Shown piece after piece: positions 21,184 through 32,000 of a DNA stretch of 32,000 nucleotides. The translations under genes were made by a program, and so were the position numbers. Under the pieces are notes generated by a model that was given only the letters and a program-made list of their open reading frames with translations, had not been told where the DNA came from and did no database searches. Positions within the stretch are counted from its first letter, which is position 1; the number at the start of each line of letters is the position of its first letter. Where the stretch lies: the sequence record CM031383.1; one strand, 5' to 3'.

Positions 21184-22439
21184 AAGAAAACGAATATTTA
21201 GATGTATATAGATAAATCAAGAAAAATTTGCCATTCACTGAAATATTTTCAGTCTCTATAAAAAAAGAAATTTTCTTTATTTCTTGGGAATCTTTAGTTT
21301 TCTAAAAATGATCGAAAATAATTTCAAATAAAATTTTTTAGAAATTTTAAATTTTTAGAAAAAGATAGCCTATAAATTTTTGTTTATTTACTTTTTTATG
21401 AATAAAAAAGTGAATTGCAACTTAAAAACAAAAGTATTCCATTAGTTAGTTAGTATTCAGAATTTTGTGGTGCAATCTAATTTAACTCATTCTGCACAAT
21501 TTATTTTGCAATGCTTATTTTGGATTGCTTATATAGCAGTGCTTATTGAAGTTAAATCCAGCTTTAAAGCAAGGCTGCGTCGACAGTATGTTCATTTATT
21601 CTACTAGCCGATTCAAGAAAAGTTTACAGCATACGTGCACTTTTTATTTTAACCGAGCACCCTTTTGAGCTGGTGCTTCAACTTGCCATTTTTAAAAAGG
21701 CAGGCTGGCATAAAGATGTTGTGCTGGAACTGAATCCATGCGAGTACTTGGTACTAGAAAGTCATCAATGAACTTAATCTATGTGAAAAAAAAAGTAAAA
21801 AGAATTGATCTACTTGTTTTCACAAACTGCTTAATATAAATATAAAAAAGTCCTGCATAAATAAAAACTTTTTTCATAAACAGCTAGAAATCAAATTTCA
21901 GCTGTAAAAAAAATAAAAAAAAAATAGAGAAAAACACGAATGTGCTCAAAATTTGAATACTTTATTTATTGTTTATTAATACATCTATATTATGAAAATT
22001 TGTTAAAACATTTCCATTTATTTTTATAAAATGTATTTAATAAGAAACAAAATAATCTTAAAATATTTAAAACAATAATTAAGTAAAATGGAATAGGTCC
22101 ATATATTATTTTTCATTTAAAACTTTACAAACAAATTAAAAAAAAATAACTTACTTTTTTGAGCTTCCTTAAATTTTAGTGAAAAATTTATTTATTATTG
22201 ACAATAATAAATTTTCATAGAATGGAAATTCCATTCAAAAAAAAATTTATTCATACTAAAATTTTTAAACGTTTTAATAGAAACATTTTTAGCTATTTAG
22301 GATATTTTTTTATTCAAAAATAAAAAAAGTATTATTTCTGATATTGACAAACTGCTATAGGTCAAAAACAGATGAAAAAAAGTGCTTTTTTTCTATAAAT
22401 ACGAAAAAAAAACATGAAATCATAAAAATGAAATTTTGT

Positions 22440-23417
<978 letters not shown>

Positions 23418-23462
23418 AAATATTTCTTGAAAAGAAATTTACTTTCTTTTCAAGAAATATTT
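23418..23462 (-). terminator. 20-bp perfect stem-loop 3' of psbD
   Basis: AAATATTTCTTGAAAAGAAA (23418-23437) and TTTCTTTTCAAGAAATATTT (23443-23462), with loop TTTAC. It lies 55 nt downstream of the psbD stop. Confidence 0.6.
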
Positions 23463-23516
23463 ATAAAATAAAACAAATAGATAATATATTTGTTGAAATA
23501 ATTATTTAAATAATTA

Positions 23517-24599
<1,083 letters not shown>

Positions 24600-24655
24600 T
24601 TATAGAGTTCATCTTTACGTAAAAAAAAAATTGTAGAAAACCTATTTATATTTTT

Positions 24656-24661
24656 ATTATA
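24656..24661 (-). promoter_or_regulatory. candidate -10 (TATAAT) element upstream of psbD
   Basis: The minus strand reads GGTATAATAAAAATAT, with TATAAT lying 78-83 nt upstream of the psbD ATG. The AT-rich context makes chance matches common. Confidence 0.3.
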
Positions 24662-25020
24662 CCATAATTCAAAAAATTACAAAAATTTGAATCTTCTTTA
24701 TTTAAATTTTTTTTTGAATATTTCGTCAGTCATTTTTTTTCTTTCCTGCTCGCCTGCCCAGCCTGCCAGGCTGGTGCTCAGCCCTTATTTTTATTTTTAT
24801 TGAGCTCAATAAAAAGAAGAGCTCTTTTTTAAGGACAGGCTGACACAACAGCAAAAATGAAACGAATAAATTCTAAATTTGAAAAATCATTCGTATGCAC
24901 TTTTTAAAAAAAAATATCTTATTTAAGTTATATTTAAATAAAATATTTATTATGCCTTCCAAATAAAAAAAATTTATTGAAAATTGCAATTGTTTTATTT
25001 TATTCTATTTTATCATTATT

Positions 25021-25107
25021 CGGAAAGGGAGGGATTCGAACCCCCGGTGACCGTAAAGCCACGCTGGTTTTCAAAACCAGAGCATTCAACCACTCTGCCA
25101 CCTTTCC
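25021..25107 (-). tRNA. trnS: tRNA-Ser(UGA)
   Basis: The reverse complement is GGAAAGGTGGCAGAGTGGTTGAATGCTCTGGTTTTGAAAACCAGCGTGGCTTTACGGTCACCGGGGGTTCGAATCCCTCCCTTTCCG. It has the anticodon stem CTGGT/ACCAG with loop TTTGAAA (UGA), a long variable arm, the T arm GGGGGTTCGAATCCCTC and the acceptor GGAAAGG/CCTTTCC. Confidence 0.9.
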
Positions 25108-25392
25108 AAAACACATATTTTTATTTATTATAACAATAATATCATGAAAAAATCAACTTCACTGTTTTTGTGTGAATTCATCGTTTTTTTGATTTTTTTG
25201 ATTGTTCAACAATTGAAACTCTCAACTTTTTTTCAAATTTTTTTCTATGAATATAGAAATTTTTTATTTTTATAAATTCTTCAAATTTTGTTAAAAAAAA
25301 TAATAATTATTTACTATTCTTTTTAACAAAACTGAAATTCAAATATTCAATTTTTTCATAATATACAGTATACAAAACAAGTATATAAAATA

Positions 25393-25803
25393 TTAAGAAA
25401 ATTTATTTACAACTTTTACTACTTGGAAACGAGCTTTTGCTCTTTTATATGCAAAATTTGCTTCAACTTTTTGTTTAACACCTTCTGCTTTTTCTAAATT
25501 TGCTTTTGCAATTTCAAAAGCATTTTTTGCTTCTTCAGCATCAATTGTTTCAGCTGATTCAGCTTCATTTGCTAAAATAGTTACTTTATTTTTTTTTACA
25601 ACAGCAAAACCACCCATTAAAGCATAAGAATTCCATTCTTCTTTCGTACGAACTAACATAGCTCCAACATCAAGTCCTGTAATAATAGGAGCGTGATTTT
25701 TTAATACACCCATTTCTCCTGTTTCTGTAGGTAGAATAATTTCTTCGGCTTGACCATTCCAAAAAGGTTTTTCTGGAGTTAAAATTGAAATTTGTAAACT
25801 CAT
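25393..25803 (-). CDS. atpE: ATP synthase CF1 epsilon subunit
   Basis: ORF track. ILTPEKPFWNGQAEEIILPTETGEMGVLKNHAPIITGLDVGAM is typical AtpE. Confidence 0.93.
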   Translation of the reverse strand: MSLQISILTPEKPFWNGQAEEIILPTETGEMGVLKNHAPIITGLDVGAMLVRTKEEWNSYALMGGFAVVKKNKVTILANEAESAETIDAEEAKNAFEIAKANLEKAEGVKQKVEANFAYKRAKARFQVVKVVNKFS

Positions 25804-26131
25804 ATAAAAAAAATATATTTTACTTGTTAATATTCAGAATTGTACGTAAATTTTTCTTGTTTGTATTTTATGAATTTCACTTTTTAATTCTTCGTTAAAT
25901 GTTTTTTCGATGAAAATTGTGAAAAAATGAATTACGGTTAAAATATTCGTTTTAACCTTAGCCTGCTCTTTAAAAAAAAAAGGCAGGGCAGACTAGCAGC
26001 TTGCTAAAAAACAAAGCTAATACAACCCTTGCACTTTTTTGAGAAATTGTGTTGGAAAAAACAATATTTTTTAAAATAAAGAAAGTTACAACTTTAATTT
26101 CATAACGAACTTAAAATGAAAAAAATTTGAA

Positions 26132-26632
26132 CTATACTAGTGAAACTGCATTTAAAATAATTTGAGGTCTATTTGAATACATAGCGTTATTTGCTGCAAT
26201 TTTATGTAATTCTTCTCGTTTTTTCATTGCATTTCCTTTTTTTTCATAAGCATCTAAAATTTCTGTTTGTAATTTAACAACCATACTTTTTGCTGATTTT
26301 TTTTCACAAGATTCTAAAATCCAACGTAATGCATTTGCTTGTCCACGCTCAACTGAACGTAAAATACTTGGAACCATTTGTACTGAACCAGCTCTACGTC
26401 TTGGTTGAACTTCAACTTTTGGCATCACATTTTCTAACGCTGTTTCAAACACTTCAACTGGATTTTTTTGTGTTGTTTCACCAATATTTTGTAATGTATT
26501 ATAAACAATTTTGTATGCTAAAGATTTTTTTCCATTTTTCATAACACGATTTACTAACATATGAACTGAAGTGCTGTTATAAACAGGATCTGGTAAAACT
26601 ACACGTTTTTTTTTAATTGGACGACGAGGCAT
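26132..26632 (-). CDS. rps7: ribosomal protein S7
   Basis: ORF track. MPRRP...[25 protein letters not shown] and [16 protein letters not shown]...R....ALRWI are S7 blocks. Confidence 0.93.
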   Translation of the reverse strand: MPRRPIKKKRVVLPDPVYNSTSVHMLVNRVMKNGKKSLAYKIVYNTLQNIGETTQKNPVEVFETALENVMPKVEVQPRRRAGSVQMVPSILRSVERGQANALRWILESCEKKSAKSMVVKLQTEILDAYEKKGNAMKKREELHKIAANNAMYSNRPQIILNAVSLV

Positions 26633-26718
26633 TTTTTTTCCTTAATATTTGTAGACATTTTAGACCGAATAGACAAAACCAATGTTGATTTTTAAACAGA
26701 TAAAATCAACTTTTAAAA

Positions 26719-26791
26719 CGGGACTGACGGGGCTCGAACCCGCAACTTCCTCCGTGACAGGGAGGTGCTCTAGCCATTGAACTACAATCCC
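26719..26791 (-). tRNA. trnD: tRNA-Asp(GUC)
   Basis: The reverse complement is GGGATTGTAGTTCAATGGCTAGAGCACCTCCCTGTCACGGAGGAAGTTGCGGGTTCGAGCCCCGTCAGTCCCG. It has the anticodon stem CCTCC/GGAGG with loop CTGTCAC (GUC). Confidence 0.9.
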
Positions 26792-27005
26792 ATTTCTTAA
26801 ATTTTTAGCTTTCACCAGCCTTAAAAAAAAAAAGGCAGAGCCTTGCCTTTTTTTTTAAGGGCAGGGCCGAGTCAAAAGCCTCAAAAAATTTTTCTTTGTT
26901 TAATATTGTTTTATTTGTTTTACAACTTTTCTTGTAGAAATTTATTTTTTTATTCTAACTTGTTTTGCAGTTTTTTGCAACTTTCTAAAAAAAAAGTTTT
27001 AAAAA

Positions 27006-27057
27006 TTTCTCTTCAACTTAGCATAAAAACGAATTTCTATACTAAGTTGAAGAGAAA
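27006..27057 (-). terminator. 16-bp perfect stem-loop about 50 nt 3' of the psaA stop
   Basis: TTTCTCTTCAACTTAG (27006-27021) and CTAAGTTGAAGAGAAA (27042-27057), with a 20-nt loop. Confidence 0.55.
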
Positions 27058-27104
27058 AATAAAAAAAACTTTTTTAAAAAATTTAAAAAAGTTCTTCAAT
27101 TGTT

Positions 27105-28379
27105 TTATCCAACAGCAATAATACGTGCTAAGAAGAACGACCAAGTTGTTGCAATACCACCTAATAAATAGTGAGCAACACCTACAGCACGTCCTTGTGT
27201 AATGCTTAAAGCACGTGGTTGGATAGAAGGAGCTACTTTTAATTTGCTGTGAGCCCAAATGATAGATTCAATAAGTTCTTGCCAGTAACCACGTCCGCTG
27301 AATAGGAACATTAAAGAGAAAGCCCAAACGAAGTGCGCACCTAAGAACATTAAACCATATGCTGAAAGTGCTGAACCATAAGATTGGATTACTTGAGAAG
27401 ATTGTGCCCAAAGGAAATCTCTTAACCAACCGTTAATAGTGTTAGCACTTTGTGCAAAGTTTCCACCAGTAATGTGAGAAACACCATTTGCAGTTACAGT
27501 TCCCCAAACATCAGATTGCATTTTCCAGCTAAAGTGGAAAATAGCAATTGATAATGAGTTATACATCCAGAAAAGACCTAAAAATACGTGGTCCCAAGCA
27601 GAAACTTGACATGTACCTCCACGACCTGGACCATCACAAGGGAAACGGAATCCTAAATTTGCTTTGTCAGGAATTAAACGTGAACTACGAGCAAATAAAA
27701 CACCTTTTAATAAAATTAAAACAGTTACGTGAATAGTAAATGCGTGGATGTGGTGAACTAAGAAATCAGAAGTACCTAATGAAATAGGCATCATTGCTAC
27801 TTTTCCACCTACGGCAACAACATCTCCACCCCAAGTAGCACTTGTTGCTGATAAAGCAGTAGGTGCTGTTAATTGTGGTGCTAAGAAATGAGTTTTTTGA
27901 ATCCATTGTGCAAAAACAGGTTGTAATTGAATAGCTGTATCAGAAAACATATCTTGTGGACGACCTAAAGCACTCATAGTGTCGTTGTGAATATATAATC
28001 CAAAACTGTGGAAGCCTAAGAAAATACAAACCCAGTTTAAGTGTGAAATGATAGCATCACGATGACGAATTACACGATCTAATAAGTTGTTATAATTATT
28101 TGTAGGATCATAATCACGAACCATAAAAATAGCGGCGTGAGCACCAGCACCTACAATACAGAAACCACCAATCCAATTGTGGTGTGTGAATAATGAAAGT
28201 TGTGTTCCATAATCTGTAGCTAAGTACGGATATGGAGGCATTGAATACATGTGATGAGCTACAATAATTGATAATGATCCAAATAACGCTAAATTAATTG
28301 CTAATTGAGCATGCCAAGAAGTTGTTAAAATTTCATAAAGACCTACGTGTCCTTCTCCTGTGAACGGACCTTTGTGAGC
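27105..28379 (-). CDS. psaA: photosystem I P700 apoprotein A1, exon 3 distal part (after the group I intron)
   Basis: The ORF track lists 27105-28250. The frame extends upstream to 28379 as [87 protein letters not shown] and the C-terminus [10 protein letters not shown] identify PsaA rather than PsaB. Confidence 0.93.
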   Translation of the reverse strand, partial: AHKGPFTGEGHVGLYEILTTSWHAQLAINLALFGSLSIIVAHHMYSMPPYPYLATDYGTQLSLFTHHNWIGGFCIVGAGAHAAIFMVRDYDPTNNYNNLLDRVIRHRDAIISHLNWVCIFLGFHSFGLYIHNDTMSALGRPQDMFSDTAIQLQPVFAQWIQKTHFLAPQLTAPTALSATSATWGGDVVAVGGKVAMMPISLGTSDFLVHHIHAFTIHVTVLILLKGVLFARSSRLIPDKANLGFRFPCDGPGRGGTCQVSAWDHVFLGLFWMYNSLSIAIFHFSWKMQSDVWGTVTANGVSHITGGNFAQSANTINGWLRDFLWAQSSQVIQSYGSALSAYGLMFLGAHFVWAFSLMFLFSGRGYWQELIESIIWAHSKLKVAPSIQPRALSITQGRAVGVAHYLLGGIATTWSFFLARIIAVG

Positions 28380-30071
28380 CAGATATGTTAATGAAAAAGT
28401 TCTTTTTCATAAAAAGTCAAAAAAGAAAGAAAAAATAAACAAAAAAGAAACTTTTTTCATTTCAGAAGAAAATTTCTTTTTTTTTGTAGTAAAAAGTACT
28501 TTTTTTGTTGCAAGAAAGTACTTTTTAGAACAAAAATGCTTTTTTTGGAATAAAATGGACTTCTTTTAACTAAAATTTGTTTCTTTTAAAGGCAAATTTT
28601 ATTGTTTTTAAACCATTTTTTCTTACCGTAAAACATGCCAAATGTTCTACGGACAAAAAATTTTATTTCTTTTTCTGTTTTTGCTTTTTGGTATAAAGCA
28701 ATGTGTGTTTTTTTTGACTTTTTCTCTTTTTTTCAAAAGAGCTCAGACCATGTCTTCAACTTTTTTCTTTTTTTCTTCGGTGAGAAATTTAAAAATAAAA
28801 CAAAAAAGTTGTCTACTATTGAGTAAACTTTTAAAAAGTTCACAAAATGGTCGTTGAACCAAGTCTCTTTCTTTCTCTTTGTTTAGGCATGCTTTGATTT
28901 GCTCCTTCCCTCTTTTAGGGTAAAGGACAAAAATATTTTTTCTTTTTTAGGTTTTGCGTAAAACAAAGAGAAAACCTAAAAGAAGAAAAAAAATAAAAAC
29001 TTAAAGACTATCTTCAACCCAAGACCAATCCTGAAAAAGTGGATTTTTTGAATGAATTCTTTTACGAACAGTTCTTGGAGCAATCATATATTCTTTTGCA
29101 CAAGCAACAATAGTTGGATAAATAATGTCACCGACACGAACAGCACGACCTTCTGGATATTTTGGAAGTTCGCGTATTTCTGGATTTGCATCTAAAATTT
29201 TATTCTGCTCTACTTCACTTAAATCTGAAAAATAATTCCAATCAAGTTTTTGTGAATCTCGAAGATATTTGCGAAGTGTTTTCGCACTTAAATTCAAAGC
29301 AGAGCATGCAAGATTTAGACTTGTATAAAGAACTCCTTCAACAACAATCATTTTTGAAATACTACTGTGCTTTCTTTTCATTGGGTAAACATAAGACCAA
29401 TTTGTATTGTTTGGATCATTCAAACAACGAAGCGCAGATGAAATAGTCATATTATTCATATGTGCAGCTTCTCGAATACTTGGATATGAAATACCATAAA
29501 CAAGAACAGGAATACTATTTCGACGAGAACTTGTTGATACAGAATTTCGTTCATTACGATAATCCATATAATTTGTAAAATTATAAACATTTTCTTGGCT
29601 TAAAGACAAAACCAATTCTCGTTCTTTTTGTAAACGAACTGACCTTTCAGACCATTCTGGTCCAAAAAAAAGGATTTGAAATAAAAAATTCTTTCCATTT
29701 TGAAGATCCCAATCCTTTTGCAGATCATTACAATCATGTGGTTTTTTTCTATTTAAACTTCTAAAATGACCTGATAATCGACTTGCAACATTATCTGATT
29801 CACCAATAGAACATTTATTATTGGTTGTGTTAAAAATCATATATATTCCTGGTTGAAGATATTCATCAAATGGAATACTGTTTTGGAAATATGGAAAAAT
29901 TGACATAAAAGGAGTAAAAAAAAATTATAAAATTATAACAATAATAGCAAAACAAAGAAAAAAGAGAGAGATTTTGGTTAAGAATTACCCTTTTTTTATT
30001 CAAAAAGAAGGATGTCTTCTTAATTAAGCAGAAAAAAAACCAAAATTATCTTTTGGTCTAGACAAAAATTT
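28380..30071 (-). mobile_element. group I intron (about 1.69 kb) in psaA carrying a homing-endonuclease ORF
   Basis: PsaA homology stops at ...MKEILD (30072) and resumes at AHKGPF (28379). P1: the exon end TTAGAT pairs with the intron GTCTAG 8 nt downstream, giving a U.G pair at the splice site. The intron ends in G (28380). Core elements on the minus strand are R-like GGTTCAACGACCATT (28860-28846) and S-like AAGACATGGTC (28756-28746), forming P7 GACCAT/ATGGTC. Confidence 0.85.
29001..29906 (-). CDS. intron-encoded GIY-YIG family homing endonuclease (301 aa)
   Basis: ORF track. The N-terminus GIYMIFNTTNNKCSIGESDNVASRLSGHF is a GIY-(10)-SIG variant of GIY-YIG followed by the conserved Arg, with a downstream ERELV and NVYNF. 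The C-terminal half has three repeats of the type YxSIxEAA...LS..TLRKYL, which resemble NUMOD1 helix-turn-helix modules. It is on the same strand as psaA. Confidence 0.8.
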   Translation of the reverse strand: MSIFPYFQNSIPFDEYLQPGIYMIFNTTNNKCSIGESDNVASRLSGHFRSLNRKKPHDCNDLQKDWDLQNGKNFLFQILFFGPEWSERSVRLQKERELVLSLSQENVYNFTNYMDYRNERNSVSTSSRRNSIPVLVYGISYPSIREAAHMNNMTISSALRCLNDPNNTNWSYVYPMKRKHSSISKMIVVEGVLYTSLNLACSALNLSAKTLRKYLRDSQKLDWNYFSDLSEVEQNKILDANPEIRELPKYPEGRAVRVGDIIYPTIVACAKEYMIAPRTVRKRIHSKNPLFQDWSWVEDSL

Positions 30072-30783
30072 ATCTAAGATTTCTTTCATTGAATGTCCAA
30101 TACCCCAGTTTGTGCGATACATATGACCAGCAATTAAGAATAAAACAGCAATTGCTAAGTGGTGGTGAGCAGTGTCACTTAACCAAAGACCACCAGTAAC
30201 TGGGTTTAACCCCCCGTTAAACGTTAAGAAATCGCTATATTCACCCCATTGTAAAGTGAAGAATGGTGCTAATCCTTTTGCAAAACTTGGATATAAATCT
30301 TGCATGATTTCACGGTTTAATAAAAATTCATGTGGTAATGGAATTTCTTTAGGGTCTACACCAGCATCTAATAATTTGTTTACAGGTAAAGATACGTGAA
30401 TTTGGTGACCAGCCCAACTTAAACTTCCTAAACCTAATAAACCTGCTAAATGGTGGTTTAACATTGATTCTACGTTTTGGAACCATTCTAACTTCGGAGC
30501 AGCTTTATGGTAGTGGAACCAACCAGCAAAAAACATAGCTGCAGCCATAACTAAACCGCCAATAGCTGTAGTATATAATTGTAATTCACTAGTAATACCA
30601 CTTGCTCTCCATAATTGGAAGAAACCAGAAGTGATTTGAATACCTTGGAAACCTCCACCAACATCACCGTTTAAAATTTCTTGACCTACTACAGGCCATA
30701 CAACTTGTGCACTTGGTTTAATATGAACAGGATCACTTAACCAAGCTTCGTAGTTTGAAAAACGTGCTCCATGGAAATACATA
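30072..30783 (-). CDS. psaA: photosystem I P700 apoprotein A1, exon 3 proximal part
   Basis: ORF track 30024-30782. (G)[63 protein letters not shown]...[19 protein letters not shown]. The last 15 residues of the tracked ORF ([15 protein letters not shown]) are intron read-through. The exon is taken to start at T 30783, which completes the Gly codon begun by exon 2. Confidence 0.92.
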
Positions 30784-31081
30784 GTTTGGTAAAAGAGAAA
30801 ATAATCATAATTTAAAAATTCTTTGAAAAAAATTTTGAAAAACTCAATTTTGTTGTCGTTAACCAGTTAAAGCCAACAGTGCAAAAAAAAATATTTATTG
30901 AGTTTAAAATTTACTAAAAAAGAAGAAAAATACTTGATTTTCTGTTTTCCAAGAAATCCGTACATGCAATTTGCACTGCATACGGCTTTCATTCGTGTAG
31001 AATAATTTTTTAGTATTCTTCAGAGTCGTTAATAACTCAAAAAAGAAAAGTTTGAAAAATAACTTTATTTGTGTTCTAAAA
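30784..31081 (-). other. 3' portion of a split group II intron (psaA intron 2) with domains V and VI
   Basis: Domain V lies at 30988-30955 (minus strand): AAGCCGTATGCAGTGCAAATTGCATGTACGGATT. It contains the AGC triad, a GCAA tetraloop and a 2-nt bulge. Then comes GGAAAACAGAAAAT (30950-30937), pairing with ATTTTCTCTTTT-A-CC (30802-30788), with a bulged A at 30790, 7 nt before the 3' splice site. Confidence 0.8.
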
Positions 31082-31153
31082 TGGGTTACCTAGGACTCGA
31101 ACCTAGAACTTATCGGTTAAAAGCCGAGTACTCTACCATTGAGTTAGTAACCC
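31082..31153 (-). tRNA. trnK: tRNA-Lys(UUU)
   Basis: The reverse complement is GGGTTACTAACTCAATGGTAGAGTACTCGGCTTTTAACCGATAAGTTCTAGGTTCGAGTCCTAGGTAACCCA. It has the anticodon loop CTTTTAA (UUU), the T arm CTAGG/CCTAG and the acceptor GGGTTAC/GTAACCC. Confidence 0.9.
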
Positions 31154-31450
31154 TATGAAAATTATTTTTAACAAGAAAAATTTTTTCATACTTTATCAAA
31201 ATATTTTTATAAAAAGCTGTTTTTTAATAAACAGTACACAAACTGTTTTTTTATCTTTACTAACAAAAAAATTGATATATCGAAATTTTGTTTTTTAAAG
31301 AAAATATATTTATTTAATATAATATCAAAAATTTTTTGTTTTTTCAAGATTTCAATTTTACGTTTTTTATTTTTTTCAGATTTCATTTGAATTGTTTTTT
31401 TAGAAACGCAAAATAATAAAAAAGTGAGTTTAAGAGATTTAAAAAGATTT

Positions 31451-31492
31451 AAAAAGGATTGTTAAAATATATATATTTTAACAATCCTTTTT
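31451..31492 (-). terminator. 20-bp perfect stem-loop immediately 3' of ycf12
   Basis: AAAAAGGATTGTTAAAATAT (31451-31470) and ATATTTTAACAATCCTTTTT (31473-31492). It lies 9 nt downstream of the stop codon. Confidence 0.6.
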
Positions 31493-31500
31493 ATGAAAAA

Positions 31501-31602
31501 TTAAAGATTTCCACCACGAGCAGCTAATAATACAACTACTAAAGGGCCTGCTGCAAGAATTAAAACTAAACTAGTAAGTTGAAGAACGATTTCAAAATTC
31601 AT
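31501..31602 (-). CDS. ycf12: photosystem II protein Psb30 / Ycf12 (33 aa)
   Basis: Hand translation of the reverse strand gives [33 protein letters not shown], ending at TAA. It matches the Ycf12 pattern M..E...QL..L.L....GPLV..LLA.R.GNL. Confidence 0.85.
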   Translation of the reverse strand: MNFEIVLQLTSLVLILAAGPLVVVLLAARGGNL

Positions 31603-31949
31603 AAAAATTCATGAACATAATTTTAGAAGAAAACCAATCAAAACAGTGAAAGAATTTTTTTGAGGAAAATATTTTTTAAAGAATTTTTTATGCGTTAATA
31701 AAAATGAATAAAAAAATTGCATGAACCCGTTTTTGTTCGCTCAAGTGCCAATATTTTTTTTTTCAATTTTTAGCTTTTGCTTTTCAAGAAAACAGCCCTT
31801 TTTTTTTAAATTACTTAGAAAGGGCAAAGCATTTTTAAAAAGGCTGGTTTATTTATAAAGTTGTGCACGAAAAAAAACACACCGCTATCAGGAATGAAAA
31901 TGAGCTTATACCGTTTTTACGTTCCTCAAAAGTTTTTTTTTTAAGGAAC

Positions 31950-32000
31950 TTATGCATTGACAGCTTCTTTAGCTGCAAACATAATTTCAAGTGTAATGAA
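31950..32000 (-). CDS. last 16 codons of a gene running off the window end, possibly chlB
   Basis: The reverse strand reads ...FITLEIMFAAKEAVNA, ending at TAA (31952-31950). It resembles my recollection of ChlB C-termini (...ITxETLYDAKAHY..). The fragment is too short for a firm call. Confidence 0.3.
   Translation of the reverse strand, partial: FITLEIMFAAKEAVNA

Noticed and set aside
28635-28857. Two plus-strand ORFs (63 and 71 aa) within the psaA group I intron. Similar spacer ORFs occur at 1403-1594, 5341-5547, 15254-15451, 18845-19030, 20554-20748 and 26843-27121.
   Set aside because: They give low-complexity F/K/L-rich translations in A/T-rich or repeat DNA. The intron ones are antisense to the catalytic core (R/S elements).
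28380-30073. Alternative psaA junction (exon ends GA at 30073 plus G at 28380) that would restore the usual Glu (EILEAHK)
   Set aside because: It would violate the group I rules that the exon ends in U and the intron in G, and it would break the 6-bp P1 pairing seen in the sequence. It is kept as a possibility to be settled by cDNA.

Overview
This window is AT-rich plastid DNA from a chlorophycean green alga. The gene clusters match Chlamydomonadales: psbD followed by psaA exon 2, psbJ-atpI-psaJ-rps12, a split rpoB, and expanded rps3 and chlN. I read 21 protein-coding segments from the ORF track and by hand translation. On the minus strand: rpoC2 (5' part), rps3, chlN, rpoB as two ORFs, rps12, psaJ, atpI, psbJ, psaA exon 2, psbD, atpE, rps7, psaA exon 3 in two pieces, an intron-encoded GIY-YIG endonuclease, ycf12/psb30, and a possible chlB 3' end. 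On the plus strand: psbF, psbL and petG. There are four tRNA genes: trnL(UAA) with its group I intron, trnS(UGA), trnD(GUC) and trnK(UUU). There are no rRNA genes and no CRISPR array. The main structural result is that psaA is fragmented. Exon 2 (22806-22985) and exon 3 (30783 down to 27105) lie on the same strand but in reversed transcriptional order. Each is preceded by a clear group II domain V, exon 2 is followed by GTGCG, and exon 1 is not in the window, so trans-splicing of the Chlamydomonas type is required. Exon 3 also carries a 1.69 kb group I intron (P1 pairing and R/S core elements are visible) that encodes the GIY-YIG enzyme. Spacers are long and filled with a GC-rich short dispersed repeat family (GGCAGGCTGGC and TTATTGAGCTCAATAA words). 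Long perfect hairpins sit just 3' of many genes. I found nothing that needs an explanation outside organelle biology. The items most worth follow-up are the expanded domain VI in both trans-intron 3' halves, trnK abutting one intron half, a possible tscA-like RNA upstream of chlN, and the repeat-filled break in rpoB.
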